Assembly (NCBI GenBank): GCA_963620055.1
Contig: CAVEYH010000001.1
Location: 1 to 25,477 of the forward strand
Direction: 5' to 3'
DNA: 25,477 bases
Origin: a bacterium
GTDB taxonomy: Bacteria; Bacillota; Clostridia; Christensenellales; Pumilibacteraceae
Under the pieces are notes generated by a model. That model searched no databases. It was not told where the DNA came from and saw nothing but the letters and a program-made list of their open reading frames with translations. A program made the position numbers and the translations under genes. Shown piece after piece: positions 16,324 to 25,448 of this stretch. Each line of letters starts with the position of its first letter. Positions within the stretch are counted from its first letter, which is position 1.

Positions 16324-16872
16324 TTATCGCCTGATATCGCCTTCCGATAAAATACCTTTGATATCATCGAGATTTTTTACAAAATATATGCCTTTTTGCC
16401 GTTCGCTCGTCGACAGTCCTTTTTCGATCATCTTGTCGAGCAAGTGCTTGAGATCATCGTAATAGCCGTCGAGATTGTACAAAATGCACGGCGCGTCAAG
16501 ATGCTTTAACGATACTTTCGACATAACTTCGGCAATCTCTTCGAGCGTGCCCGTTCCGCCCGGAAACGCAATAAACGCATCGCCGAGTTCGATCATGATA
16601 TTCTTGCGCTCCGTCATGTCCTTGGTCACGATAAGTTTAGTCAAGCCCTCGTGCTGGAATTCGTTCTCGACAAAAAATTGCGGTTCTACACCCGTCACTT
16701 CTCCGCCGTGGGTTAAGACGCTGTCCGCAAGCATGCCCATGAGTCCCGACTTTGATCCGCCGTATACCAGTGAATTTCCGCTCGAACCGATCCATGCGCC
16801 GAGTTCCGAAACCGCCTTCTCCAGCATCGGATCGTTACCTTTGTATGCACCGAGATATACCGTAATGTTCAT
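16324..16872 (-). CDS. LOG-family nucleotide 5'-monophosphate phosphoribohydrolase
   Basis: LVYGGSKSGLMG, MTERK and PGGTGTLEE (PGGxGTxxE) motifs. Confidence 0.92.
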   Translation of the reverse strand: MNITVYLGAYKGNDPMLEKAVSELGAWIGSSGNSLVYGGSKSGLMGMLADSVLTHGGEVTGVEPQFFVENEFQHEGLTKLIVTKDMTERKNIMIELGDAFIAFPGGTGTLEEIAEVMSKVSLKHLDAPCILYNLDGYYDDLKHLLDKMIEKGLSTSERQKGIYFVKNLDDIKGILSEGDIRR

Positions 16873-16914
16873 GCCATTATGCTCCTTTTTGTCTTTTTAC
16901 CCGATACTATATAA

Positions 16915-18015
16915 CTACTTTCTCCAATTACCGTAAACTTCGTTTGCCGATACGACGTACGAGAACGTGTCGGGATATTTTTTTAAGATGCGCTCGAGCT
17001 CGCCGATTTGACGACGCTTTATTACACAAATGAGTAGTTTATGATGTTTGCCGGTGTACTGACCGATCGCATCGATTATCGTCACGCCTTTACCGATCAG
17101 ATCGAATATCTCCGCACTGATCTCGTCGGGGTGATTGGTTATGATCTCGGCCTTTATCGCGGACCTCGAACCCTTGATAAACTTGTCGGAAACCGCGCTC
17201 GACGCGAACGATTCGATAATTGCCAAAAATACGGGGGTGAGTGTCTTGTCATAGACGAAGAACGAAAACAACACTATAGTCGAATCGATTATGAATATAA
17301 GCCACGACAAGCCGAGATCCGGACGCTTTTTCTGTATGATCGCACCTATCGTATCGGTCCCGCCCTGACTACCGCCGGCACGCACCATGATAGTGAACGA
17401 CAGCCCGCACATTACACCACCGAATACGGCGGCAATTACGGTTTCACCCGCTCCCGCATTATACAACAGTGAACCTCCGGCATTCACGACAAGTTTGTTT
17501 AATTGCTCGATTGCGATCGTGACCAAGCTACATAGCACGGTAAACCCTGCCGTCGCGAATACATATCGCTTTGACAAAAAGAAATACGCGAGTACGAGTA
17601 GCGGTATATTCAATGCAATGTTAAAGTAACCGAAGTTAATACCCGTGATATATTCGAGCATGACAGCAAGGCCCGTGATACCGCCTACGGCGAACCCGTT
17701 AGGCGAAATAAAACAATATGTGCCTATACCTCGCAACAGCGATGCGACAACCACAAGCAAAATAACGTTCGCGATAGAACGTGCCTTGCTCTCGGTCGGC
17801 GGAGGCACAACAACTTCTTTTCCGTTTTTTAGCCTGATTACTCTACCGCCGTTTTCGCTAACACTATAACCTGCTACATTATAGCAGTCCTGTTCTTCTT
17901 CACTTATTCCGTGCGTTTCACCGGAGTCCGCATCACCGCTTTGTGTGTCGGTTTTGTCCGTCTCGTCGCCATCTGCGACCAAACTGTCACTCTTCACTTC
18001 GCTTATTGTTTCCAT
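16915..18015 (-). CDS. YitT-family membrane protein with C-terminal DUF2179-like domain
   Basis: GFAVGGITGLA, GGSQGGTD and C-terminal GKGVTIIDAIGQYTG...DTFSYV. It carries an acidic N-terminal extension of about 75 aa. Confidence 0.88.
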   Translation of the reverse strand: METISEVKSDSLVADGDETDKTDTQSGDADSGETHGISEEEQDCYNVAGYSVSENGGRVIRLKNGKEVVVPPPTESKARSIANVILLVVVASLLRGIGTYCFISPNGFAVGGITGLAVMLEYITGINFGYFNIALNIPLLVLAYFFLSKRYVFATAGFTVLCSLVTIAIEQLNKLVVNAGGSLLYNAGAGETVIAAVFGGVMCGLSFTIMVRAGGSQGGTDTIGAIIQKKRPDLGLSWLIFIIDSTIVLFSFFVYDKTLTPVFLAIIESFASSAVSDKFIKGSRSAIKAEIITNHPDEISAEIFDLIGKGVTIIDAIGQYTGKHHKLLICVIKRRQIGELERILKKYPDTFSYVVSANEVYGNWRK

Positions 18016-18092
18016 AAATTTTTTCCTCTTCTACGGCATGGGAAAATCGCCTTTGACTTTACTCTGCCGGTGCCACTCACGGCACGAATTAT

Positions 18093-18121
18093 ATGATACC
18101 GCTAGCACGAAAAATAGTCAA
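18093..18121 (-). promoter_or_regulatory. Putative sigmaA promoter of the yitT-LOG pair
   Basis: Minus strand TTGACT (18116-18121), 17 nt, TATCAT (18093-18098). Confidence 0.7.
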
Positions 18122-18250
18122 GTATTTTATTTTATGCGCGCTATTCTTTGGCTTAAAATTATAACGATATTTTTACTAAAAACCACTGAAAAATTTTTTA
18201 TACCGACTTAATACACGTAACCGTAATGTACAAAATTACTCGGACACATA

Positions 18251-18287
18251 ACAAAAGAGCTCGGACAAAATAGCCCAAGCTCTCTTT
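18251..18287 (-). terminator. Intrinsic terminator of the rha-fucO operon
   Basis: Minus strand reads AGAGCTTGGGC-TATTTT-GTCCGAGCTCT-TTTGT. Confidence 0.78.
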
Positions 18288-18342
18288 ATTCATTGTATGA
18301 CAACTGTTATGCGACGTTGACGGTAAGTGTCCGTCACGATCG

Positions 18343-19491
18343 TTACATTAGCTTCAAGTAAAGTTCCTTGATTTCCTCGACGCTCGTGTCGCGTGGGTTA
18401 CCGGGACGGCAAGCGTCGGCATAAGCGGACTCGGACAAGAAGTCGAGATCTTCTTTCTTGACAATCGCTTTTAGGTCTGCAGGAATGCCCACATCGTGAG
18501 AGAGCTGTTTAACGGCATCGACAGCGGCTTTTCGTGCCTCTTCGAGCGACATTTCGTCAACATTTTTCACGCCCATAGCCTTTGCAATGTCTCTATACTT
18601 TTCACCGGTCGCGGGTGCATTGTATTCCATAACGGTAGGCAAAATGATTGCATTTGCCACGCCGTGCGGAGTGTCGTAAACCGCACCTAAGGGGTGAGCC
18701 ATACTGTGGACGATGCCGAGACCTACATTACTGAATCCCATGCCGGCAATATACTGACCGAGTGCCATTCCTTCACGTCCGTCCGGCTCATTTGCAACTG
18801 CCGAACGCAAGGACTTAGCAATAATCTCGATGGCTTTTAGATGGAACATATCGGACAATTCCCATGCGCCTTTTGTGATATAGCCTTCGATGGCGTGTGT
18901 AAGAGCATCCATGCCCGTAGCGGCCGTGAGACCTTTCGGCATCGTGGACATCATGTCGGGATCGACAACCGCGACAACGGGGATATCGTGAACGTCGACG
19001 CAAACCATTTTACGGTTCTTTTCGGTATCGGTAATGACGTAATTGATCGTTACTTCCGCAGCGGTTCCGGCAGTAGTCGGCACTGCGATGATCGGCACTG
19101 CCTTATTCTTAGTGGGTGCGACGCCTTCGAGCGAAACGACGTCCCCAAACTCGGGATTTGCTATGATAATACCGATAGCTTTTGCGGTATCCATAGACGA
19201 TCCGCCACCGATTGCAACTAGGCAGTCCGCCTTGCTTTTCTTGAACGCTTCGACACCTGCTTTTACATTAGCAACTGTCGGGTTTGCCTTGATTTGAGTA
19301 AACATGTCATAAGCAATTTTAGCCTCGTCCAAAATGTCCGTCACTTTTTTAGCAACACCGAACTTTACAAGGTCCGGATCGACACACACTAAAACCTTTT
19401 TGAATCCACGCGCGTTTACTTCGGTGGCAATCTCCTTGATTGCGCCTTTGCCGTGATAACTTGTCTCATTTAGAACAAATCTGTTTGCCAT
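18343..19491 (-). CDS. fucO: Lactaldehyde reductase (iron-containing alcohol dehydrogenase)
   Basis: N-terminus MANRFVLNETSYHGKGA, GGGSSMD, PTTAGTAAEVTINYVITD, DALTHAIEGY and HSMAHPLGA.YDTPHGVAN. It is the last gene of the rha operon. Confidence 0.93.
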   Translation of the reverse strand: MANRFVLNETSYHGKGAIKEIATEVNARGFKKVLVCVDPDLVKFGVAKKVTDILDEAKIAYDMFTQIKANPTVANVKAGVEAFKKSKADCLVAIGGGSSMDTAKAIGIIIANPEFGDVVSLEGVAPTKNKAVPIIAVPTTAGTAAEVTINYVITDTEKNRKMVCVDVHDIPVVAVVDPDMMSTMPKGLTAATGMDALTHAIEGYITKGAWELSDMFHLKAIEIIAKSLRSAVANEPDGREGMALGQYIAGMGFSNVGLGIVHSMAHPLGAVYDTPHGVANAIILPTVMEYNAPATGEKYRDIAKAMGVKNVDEMSLEEARKAAVDAVKQLSHDVGIPADLKAIVKKEDLDFLSESAYADACRPGNPRDTSVEEIKELYLKLM

Positions 19492-19580
19492 AAATTTTCT
19501 CCTCTCATATAATATATTTTATTCTCTTTGCTCTGTCCACCGTCATCCGCCAGACCGAACAAGTAAAATCGCACTAAAAA

Positions 19581-20396
19581 CTATTTACCCAAAATTCCGT
19601 CAAGCGGTTTGAGATGCCATAGGTCCACAAGTCCTTGCAATACATCGTCACCAATGCTGTTTACGACGTGGCCCAAGGTCAACATATACACTTGCGCGGT
19701 CTTTTCGACTGTCTCGATAAGTCCGAACGTCTCGTCAATGTCCTTGCCCGTGCCGTAAATACCGTGATTCGTCCACACGACAAGACGATAATTTTGCATC
19801 TTCTCGGCGGTCGCAACACCTATCTCTTCCGTTCCGCAAATCATGCAAGGAAGCACACCCACGCCGTCGGGGAAAACGACGATCGCTTCGGTATTGCTTC
19901 TCCACAATTTTTCGGTAAATACTCTGTCGTCGGTATTGACTACTGCCGACATGCACATCGTGTACGTCGGGTGCGTGTGCATAACCACGCGGTGAGCGGG
20001 ATCGACTTTTAATCTCGTCGCATGAGTCATAAGATGCGCAGGACATTCGCTGGTGAATTTTCCGCCGTCACGCCAGCCCCACAAAAGCTCTGCAGTCTGT
20101 AGGTCGTCTGCGATGCGGATCACACCGAGGTTTGTCTCGGGATCTTTTATTACGTTCTTAAAGTACTTGCCCGTACCGGTAAACAAGAAATACTTGCCTT
20201 TAAGAATTTTATCTGCCGTGAAGTTGAGCGGAATCGTGCGTAAAACTTTTTTCGTGTCGAGATATTCGTTTACTTCGCTCTCGTCCAAAATCACGGAAAC
20301 GTTACCGCCGTTGCGTTCGTCCCAACCCTGACGGTACATGTTTGCCGTCACGTCGCACATCTCTTGAATAAATTTTGATTCTAAAATGTTCTTCAT
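19581..20396 (-). CDS. rhaD: Rhamnulose-1-phosphate aldolase
   Basis: GWDERNGGNVS, TGTGKYFKN, TSECPAH, HTHP, TEAIVVFPDGVG, W..HG and FGLIETVEK. Confidence 0.95.
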   Translation of the reverse strand: MKNILESKFIQEMCDVTANMYRQGWDERNGGNVSVILDESEVNEYLDTKKVLRTIPLNFTADKILKGKYFLFTGTGKYFKNVIKDPETNLGVIRIADDLQTAELLWGWRDGGKFTSECPAHLMTHATRLKVDPAHRVVMHTHPTYTMCMSAVVNTDDRVFTEKLWRSNTEAIVVFPDGVGVLPCMICGTEEIGVATAEKMQNYRLVVWTNHGIYGTGKDIDETFGLIETVEKTAQVYMLTLGHVVNSIGDDVLQGLVDLWHLKPLDGILGK

Positions 20397-20428
20397 TGCA
20401 TTTTTCTCCGTATTACTAAAATTATCTT

Positions 20429-21667
20429 TTATGCACGTTTTAACAGCACTTTCTGCTCATACTCTACCACTTTGTCATAGTAGCACACAGGCACTCCGCA
20501 CTCAGTCAAATACTGTTCCCAAACCGCACCGAAGTCCATTGTTTTGAGATATTCGTTTACAACCATGAGCTTTGTAAAATTGCTTTCCGCCTGCAATTCT
20601 TTCATTGTTTTCGACGGCTCGAGTAATGCTAAAAGCAATGCCTTGTGCACGTTTCTCACGCCCGTAACCCATGCGGAGATACGATTGATACTTGCGTCGA
20701 AATAGTCTGTCGCGATAAACACTTTATCAAGCGCATCGTTGCGCACGATCTCTTTCGCGATCTCCTTGGTCTCGTCGTCAAGCAGTACGACGTGATCGCT
20801 ATCCCAGCGCACTCCGCGCGTGATATGCAACGCGATATGATCGTTAAATAACAGTAGCGAGCTGATCTTGTCCGAGACAAGTTCGGTCGGATGATAATGT
20901 CCGTTGTCCATAAGCGGTGTAATATTGTTGTGATCTACATACGACAGACAGAATTCCGCACTGCCCACGGTGTAACTTTCGAGCCCTATGCCGAAAACTT
21001 TGCTCTCAAGCGTCACGAAAACTTTACTCTTGTCGTAAGGCGTTGCCAAAATCTCGTCCATGCTCTGTTTGAATCTTGCACGAGGAGAGAGCCTGTCTGC
21101 CGGAACGTCCTTATATCCGTCCGGAATCCAAAAGTTGATTACACACGGATAACCGGTTTCATTTGCAAAATATTCGGCTATTTTGATACATTGTATGCCA
21201 TGACGCACCCAATATTTGCGCACGTTTTCGTCGGGGGATGACAACGTAAGATTGTCTTTTACCATAGGATGCGCAAAGAACGTCGGATTAAAGTCAAGCC
21301 CTATTCCGCGATCTTTGGCAAAATTAACCCATTTTACAAAATGTTTCGGTTCGATCTTGTCACGATCGACGTGCTCACCGTCAAAAATTGCATAGCTTGC
21401 ATGTAAATTGAGCTTTTTCTTGCCGGGGATAAGGCTAAACGCTTTGTCAAGGTCCGCCATAAGTTCCTCGGGCGTGGTCGCTTTTCCCGGGTAATTGCCC
21501 GTCGTCTGTATACCTCCCGACAAACTTTGCTTGCTGTCAAAGCCGACCACGTCGTCGCCCTGCCAACAGTGCACGGAAACTGTAACGTCCCTTAACGTCT
21601 GTATCGCCTTATCGGTGTCTATGCCGAGTTTAGCATAGGCTTGTTTTGCTAATTCGTATCTTGTCAT
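20429..21667 (-). CDS. rhaA: L-rhamnose isomerase
   Basis: HCWQGDDV.GF, GGIQTTGNYPGKA, DFNPT, WIPDG.KD, ESKVFGIG.ESYTVGS, GHYHPTE, VRWDSDHV and DYFDASINR. Confidence 0.97.
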   Translation of the reverse strand: MTRYELAKQAYAKLGIDTDKAIQTLRDVTVSVHCWQGDDVVGFDSKQSLSGGIQTTGNYPGKATTPEELMADLDKAFSLIPGKKKLNLHASYAIFDGEHVDRDKIEPKHFVKWVNFAKDRGIGLDFNPTFFAHPMVKDNLTLSSPDENVRKYWVRHGIQCIKIAEYFANETGYPCVINFWIPDGYKDVPADRLSPRARFKQSMDEILATPYDKSKVFVTLESKVFGIGLESYTVGSAEFCLSYVDHNNITPLMDNGHYHPTELVSDKISSLLLFNDHIALHITRGVRWDSDHVVLLDDETKEIAKEIVRNDALDKVFIATDYFDASINRISAWVTGVRNVHKALLLALLEPSKTMKELQAESNFTKLMVVNEYLKTMDFGAVWEQYLTECGVPVCYYDKVVEYEQKVLLKRA

Positions 21668-21679
21668 GTCCTACTCCTT

Positions 21680-22978
21680 CTATATTTTGCACTTCGTCTG
21701 TGCTTTTATATTGCCGATTGCGGTTGCCTCGATCGGCATTGCCACAACCTTTTTACCTGTATACCTTGCGGTCAACTCGTTCAAGAATGCGTTCTTTGCG
21801 CCTCCGCCGACAATGTAAATGCTATCGAACGTCTTGCCCAAATTTTTCTCCATCACGTCCACCGCGTTTTTATAACTGAGCGCCAAGCTGTGATAAATAC
21901 TTGCGTACAAATCCCCGTCCGTTTTCGGCTGATTATCCGCGAGCAAGTTCTTTATTGCCGTTTCCATATCGCTAGGCGACATCAAACTCTCGTCATTGAC
22001 GTCAAACGTATGATTGTACACGCTCTCTTGCGCCATGCGAACAATCTCCGTAATAGGTGTACCTTTTTTCTTTTGCACTTGGTTAATTAGCCACATGCCC
22101 ATTATGTTTTTAAGGTAACGCACATATCCGACTCCGCCTTCGTTGGAAAAGTTCGCGTCGTAGCTTGCCTTCGACGTATTTGCCGTGTGTAGCTTTGCGC
22201 CTATCAGCGACCACGTCCCCGACGACAACAAAACCGAATTCTCGGGACAATCGATCGCTTCGTATGCGCTGGCAGTATCGTGCGATGCACACAAGACAAC
22301 CGTCACATTGCCCCCGACCTCGTCTTCTATGTCTTTTTTGAGTCTGCCGACGACCGAAGACGGCTTGTCAAGCGGAGCAAAAATATTTTTCGGTAGCCCC
22401 AGCTCGTCTATGATCTCACTGTCGTATTCCTTCGTCACGGCGTTCACGAGTCCGCCCGTGGACGCATCGGTAAACTCGTGTTTTTTAACACCCGTAAGGC
22501 GATATGACAGATATTCCGGAATCATTAAAAAGTCCGTAACACCTTCGAGCCGTCCGTCGAGTTTGTCTTTATACAGTTGATAAATCGTGTTAAAAGATTG
22601 AAACTGTATGCCCGTTTTACTATATAGTTTTTCAAACGGCACGATTTTATGCACCTCGTCTATCGAATCTGCGGTACGATCGTTGCGGTACGCAAAACAC
22701 GGTGACACAGATTCGTCACCCTTCATCAAGACATAGTCCACACCCCAAGTGTCAATGGCAAGGCTTTTGATGTTGCCGTACTTGCTTAACGCTATCTTGA
22801 TTCCCTCTTTTACGTACGAAAAAATCTCGTCCATATCCCAAACGAGTCCGCAAGCGGATTGCTTCATTCCGTTCGGAAAACGAAAAACCTCGTCGAGTTG
22901 CATTCCTTCTCCGTCAACGCTCGCCACAATGTGCCTTCCGCTGGATGCCCCTATATCTATTGCGAGAAAATATTCCAT
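21680..22978 (-). CDS. rhaB: Rhamnulokinase (FGGY family)
   Basis: LAIDIGASSGR, IDTWGVDYV, FNTIYQL, SHDTASA, SSGTWSLIG, NEGG and KNIMGMW. Start moved to the ATG at 22978 because AAGGAG is at 22984-22989. Confidence 0.93.
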   Translation of the reverse strand: MEYFLAIDIGASSGRHIVASVDGEGMQLDEVFRFPNGMKQSACGLVWDMDEIFSYVKEGIKIALSKYGNIKSLAIDTWGVDYVLMKGDESVSPCFAYRNDRTADSIDEVHKIVPFEKLYSKTGIQFQSFNTIYQLYKDKLDGRLEGVTDFLMIPEYLSYRLTGVKKHEFTDASTGGLVNAVTKEYDSEIIDELGLPKNIFAPLDKPSSVVGRLKKDIEDEVGGNVTVVLCASHDTASAYEAIDCPENSVLLSSGTWSLIGAKLHTANTSKASYDANFSNEGGVGYVRYLKNIMGMWLINQVQKKKGTPITEIVRMAQESVYNHTFDVNDESLMSPSDMETAIKNLLADNQPKTDGDLYASIYHSLALSYKNAVDVMEKNLGKTFDSIYIVGGGAKNAFLNELTARYTGKKVVAMPIEATAIGNIKAQTKCKI

Positions 22979-23021
22979 CTTATCTCCTTCGGCTAATAGC
23001 ATTTTTTTAACTATCTTTTAC

Positions 23022-23050
23022 ATTATATACCAACACTGTATATCAAGCAA
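23022..23050 (-). promoter_or_regulatory. Putative promoter of rhaBAD-fucO
   Basis: Minus strand TTGCTT (23045-23050), 17 nt, TATAAT (23022-23027). The weak -35 fits dependence on an activator. Confidence 0.65.
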
Positions 23051-23056
23051 GAACGC

Positions 23057-23109
23057 AATTTGACAATTTTTGTGTCTAAATTTGACATTTTGCACTTATT
23101 TGTTTGACT
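23057..23109. promoter_or_regulatory. Three phased direct repeats (TTTGAC core, 22-bp period), candidate AraC-family binding sites
   Basis: AATTTGACA at 23057 and 23079. The TTTGAC cores are at 23059, 23081 and 23103. Confidence 0.68.
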
Positions 23110-23132
23110 ACAAGCCAAAACTCTAGTACAAT
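23104..23132 (+). promoter_or_regulatory. SigmaA promoter of the AraC regulator
   Basis: TTGACT (23104-23109), 17 nt, TACAAT (23127-23132). Confidence 0.75.
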
Positions 23133-23138
23133 AATTTT

Positions 23139-24083
23139 ATGCAGAATGCGATTATCGAAAAACTAACAAAAATATCGCCGAAAGAACAAGCGATACTACA
23201 CGGAGAAAGCGTCAATCTACGCGACTTCACTTTTTCCGATCAAACCACGATAAAGAGTGCGGGCATGCTGAAAAGCAAGCTCGTGGATATAACCGTGCAC
23301 ACGCGTTTTTGCGATTTTCCATTGCACAACCACGACTACATGGAAATGATGTATGTGTATTCCGGCAGTATTACTCACATAATAGACGGTAAAGAAATCG
23401 AAGTAAAGCAGGGCAATTTACTCGCACTGAATAAATTCGCAACACACTCGATAAAAAAAGCCGGTGAACACGATATAGGCATAAACTTTATTCTCTCGGA
23501 CGCATTTTTGTCCACGGCTCTCGGGGACAACGACAACGGTAGCGGACTATTGTGGGACTTCGCCTCGGAAAATCTAAAAGCACACGGCAAAGCGCAATAT
23601 CTACTATTCGATATTGCCGACGTCTACCCTATACGAAACTTGCTCGATAATCTAATATATTCAATTGTCGAACCGTCAATCGATTCTCCGTTGCTCCCGA
23701 AAGTTATGTCACTACTGTTTGCATATCTTTCGGTACACACCGACTCGATTGTCGCAAGCAATCTCGGTGAAACCGACAATTTTAGAACACTCGTCGGTGA
23801 ATATCTTGACTCAAACTACACCACCGCCACGCTGTCGGAGATCGCGTCCATTCTCAATATGTCGCAAGAGTACACGTCGAGAAAAATTGCGAAAACTTTC
23901 AATAAAACTTTCAAGCAACTGCTCGTCGAGCGCAGATTGCTCGTTGCAGAAAAACTATTGCTGTCTACCACAATGAACGTCGCCGACATCGCACATGCCG
24001 TGGGCTATGAAAACAGCAGTCACTTCTATAAACTGTTTTTGTCAAAACACCACAAAACCCCGTCTTCGTGGCGCGGTCAATAG
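23139..24083 (+). CDS. AraC-family regulator with N-terminal cupin domain; probable rhamnose operon regulator
   Basis: Cupin HTRFCDFPLHNHDYMEMMYVYSG and C-terminal double HTH ending IAHAVGYENSSHFYKLF...TPSSWR. It is divergent from rhaB. Confidence 0.92.
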   Translation: MQNAIIEKLTKISPKEQAILHGESVNLRDFTFSDQTTIKSAGMLKSKLVDITVHTRFCDFPLHNHDYMEMMYVYSGSITHIIDGKEIEVKQGNLLALNKFATHSIKKAGEHDIGINFILSDAFLSTALGDNDNGSGLLWDFASENLKAHGKAQYLLFDIADVYPIRNLLDNLIYSIVEPSIDSPLLPKVMSLLFAYLSVHTDSIVASNLGETDNFRTLVGEYLDSNYTTATLSEIASILNMSQEYTSRKIAKTFNKTFKQLLVERRLLVAEKLLLSTTMNVADIAHAVGYENSSHFYKLFLSKHHKTPSSWRGQ

Positions 24084-24201
24084 TTAAATCTCATTCTTTT
24101 CCAATCGCTATTGACAAAAATATAATATAAAACAACAACCGCTTACTGTGATTGTAGTAGTATTGCTAAATTATTATGTGAGGGATTAGGAGCCTATAAA
24201 A

Positions 24202-24717
24202 ATGCACGACGCACGATATTTTATGAAAATCAATCCGTTCGACAAAATAGACGAAATCATGGAAACATTCAAAAATTTTGCACCAAAAATCTTCACTAAG
24301 GCGGATGACGGCTATGATTGGTTGGAAGAGGACGACTCAAAGTGCATCGTTTTTGCGAACCCTTATGGCGGACAGAATCTTAAAATCGACGTGGGTGACA
24401 TGGGCGAATTTACACTCTGTTATGACCGACATGTTCACTATGCAAATTATCAATACGACTATGATTTAATGATAGAACGAATCCGTGATATTTTTGAAAA
24501 TCGTATTTGCTGTGGAAATATCACCGACAGTGACGGAAAATGGTTCGGTAGCGGATATTTTGATAAGGCGGAGATCTCGAATCCGATAGAAAATAACTTT
24601 ACGTATACTTTTAGCGAGAAAGAATTCTCGGACCACTTGACAAAATCCGGCTATACCGTAACATATACTTTTTGGAATCCGATCGACAACAAGTCAATCA
24701 CCGTAAAGCCCGAATAA
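24202..24717 (+). CDS. Hypothetical soluble acidic protein
   Basis: 171-aa ORF filling the gap between two genes, with AGGAG 9 nt before the ATG. No recognisable motif. Confidence 0.7.
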   Translation: MHDARYFMKINPFDKIDEIMETFKNFAPKIFTKADDGYDWLEEDDSKCIVFANPYGGQNLKIDVGDMGEFTLCYDRHVHYANYQYDYDLMIERIRDIFENRICCGNITDSDGKWFGSGYFDKAEISNPIENNFTYTFSEKEFSDHLTKSGYTVTYTFWNPIDNKSITVKPE

Positions 24718-24737
24718 TTTTTATTTTACCGCTAGTT

Positions 24738-25448
24738 TTATCTAAAGCGACGAAGGGTTTTGACGTTTTTATTCATAACGTGCCTGCCGATAAAGCGGTA
24801 GGCAAAGCCTTTAACTATGCTCATTTTTTGTCCGTGCTCCTTGTATAGCGCATCGGGGTCCGAAAAAATACCGAAGTCACGCACTATACCTTCGCTCTGA
24901 ATAAAAGTGTCGCACGCATTAAACTCGATAGGCGGATGCGAGAAATTCTTTGTCGCGATTCCGTAGCCGATAAACAAATCATCCGACACGGGCGCAAACT
25001 TTTTTTGAGCAGCGGTGAGATACTCCTTATCTAGGATCACTCCCTCTAGCGTGTACCACTTGTCGACGTATGCTTCGACCACACTATGAAAGATCTCATT
25101 GGGCGCGGACGAATATACAAGTCCGGTCATTGCGCCTTTTTGAAGACGCTTGTCGATCATATAGCCGTGGATTCGGCACGGCACACCGCATGCACGAAGT
25201 AACGCCATAAGTAGCGTAGCTTTTGTATTGCACTGACCGAAGCCGTCACGCAACACGCGCGATGCTTTTAGCTCGTCGCGTACGTTATAACCGAATAAAA
25301 TCTTGTCGCGCACAAAATCATAAATCGACCCTACTCGCGACATTATCGGCATATTCCGCCATCCGTTTTTCTCCACAATCTCGCAAATGTTTCTAGCGGA
25401 AAAATCAAGTAATTCCGTCTCTTGTAAATACTCTTGCGTAAATTTCAT
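24738..25448 (-). CDS. Transglutaminase-like superfamily protein
   Basis: IYDFVRDKILFGYN, ASRVLRDGFGQCNTKATLLMALLRACGVPCR (catalytic Cys), HSVVEAY (His) and W.TLEG (acidic residue). Confidence 0.88.
   Translation of the reverse strand: MKFTQEYLQETELLDFSARNICEIVEKNGWRNMPIMSRVGSIYDFVRDKILFGYNVRDELKASRVLRDGFGQCNTKATLLMALLRACGVPCRIHGYMIDKRLQKGAMTGLVYSSAPNEIFHSVVEAYVDKWYTLEGVILDKEYLTAAQKKFAPVSDDLFIGYGIATKNFSHPPIEFNACDTFIQSEGIVRDFGIFSDPDALYKEHGQKMSIVKGFAYRFIGRHVMNKNVKTLRRFR

Noticed and set aside
16324..16872. Cytokinin production or lysine decarboxylase function for the LOG gene
   Set aside because: LOG homologues are widespread nucleotide phosphoribohydrolases, the decarboxylase label is a known misannotation, and nothing here supports cytokinin synthesis.
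24111..24126. Adjacent perfect TTGACA and TATAAT hexamers
   Set aside because: They are only 4 nt apart and cannot form one promoter. TATAAT may instead pair with TTTCCA at 24098-24103, which is too weak to call.
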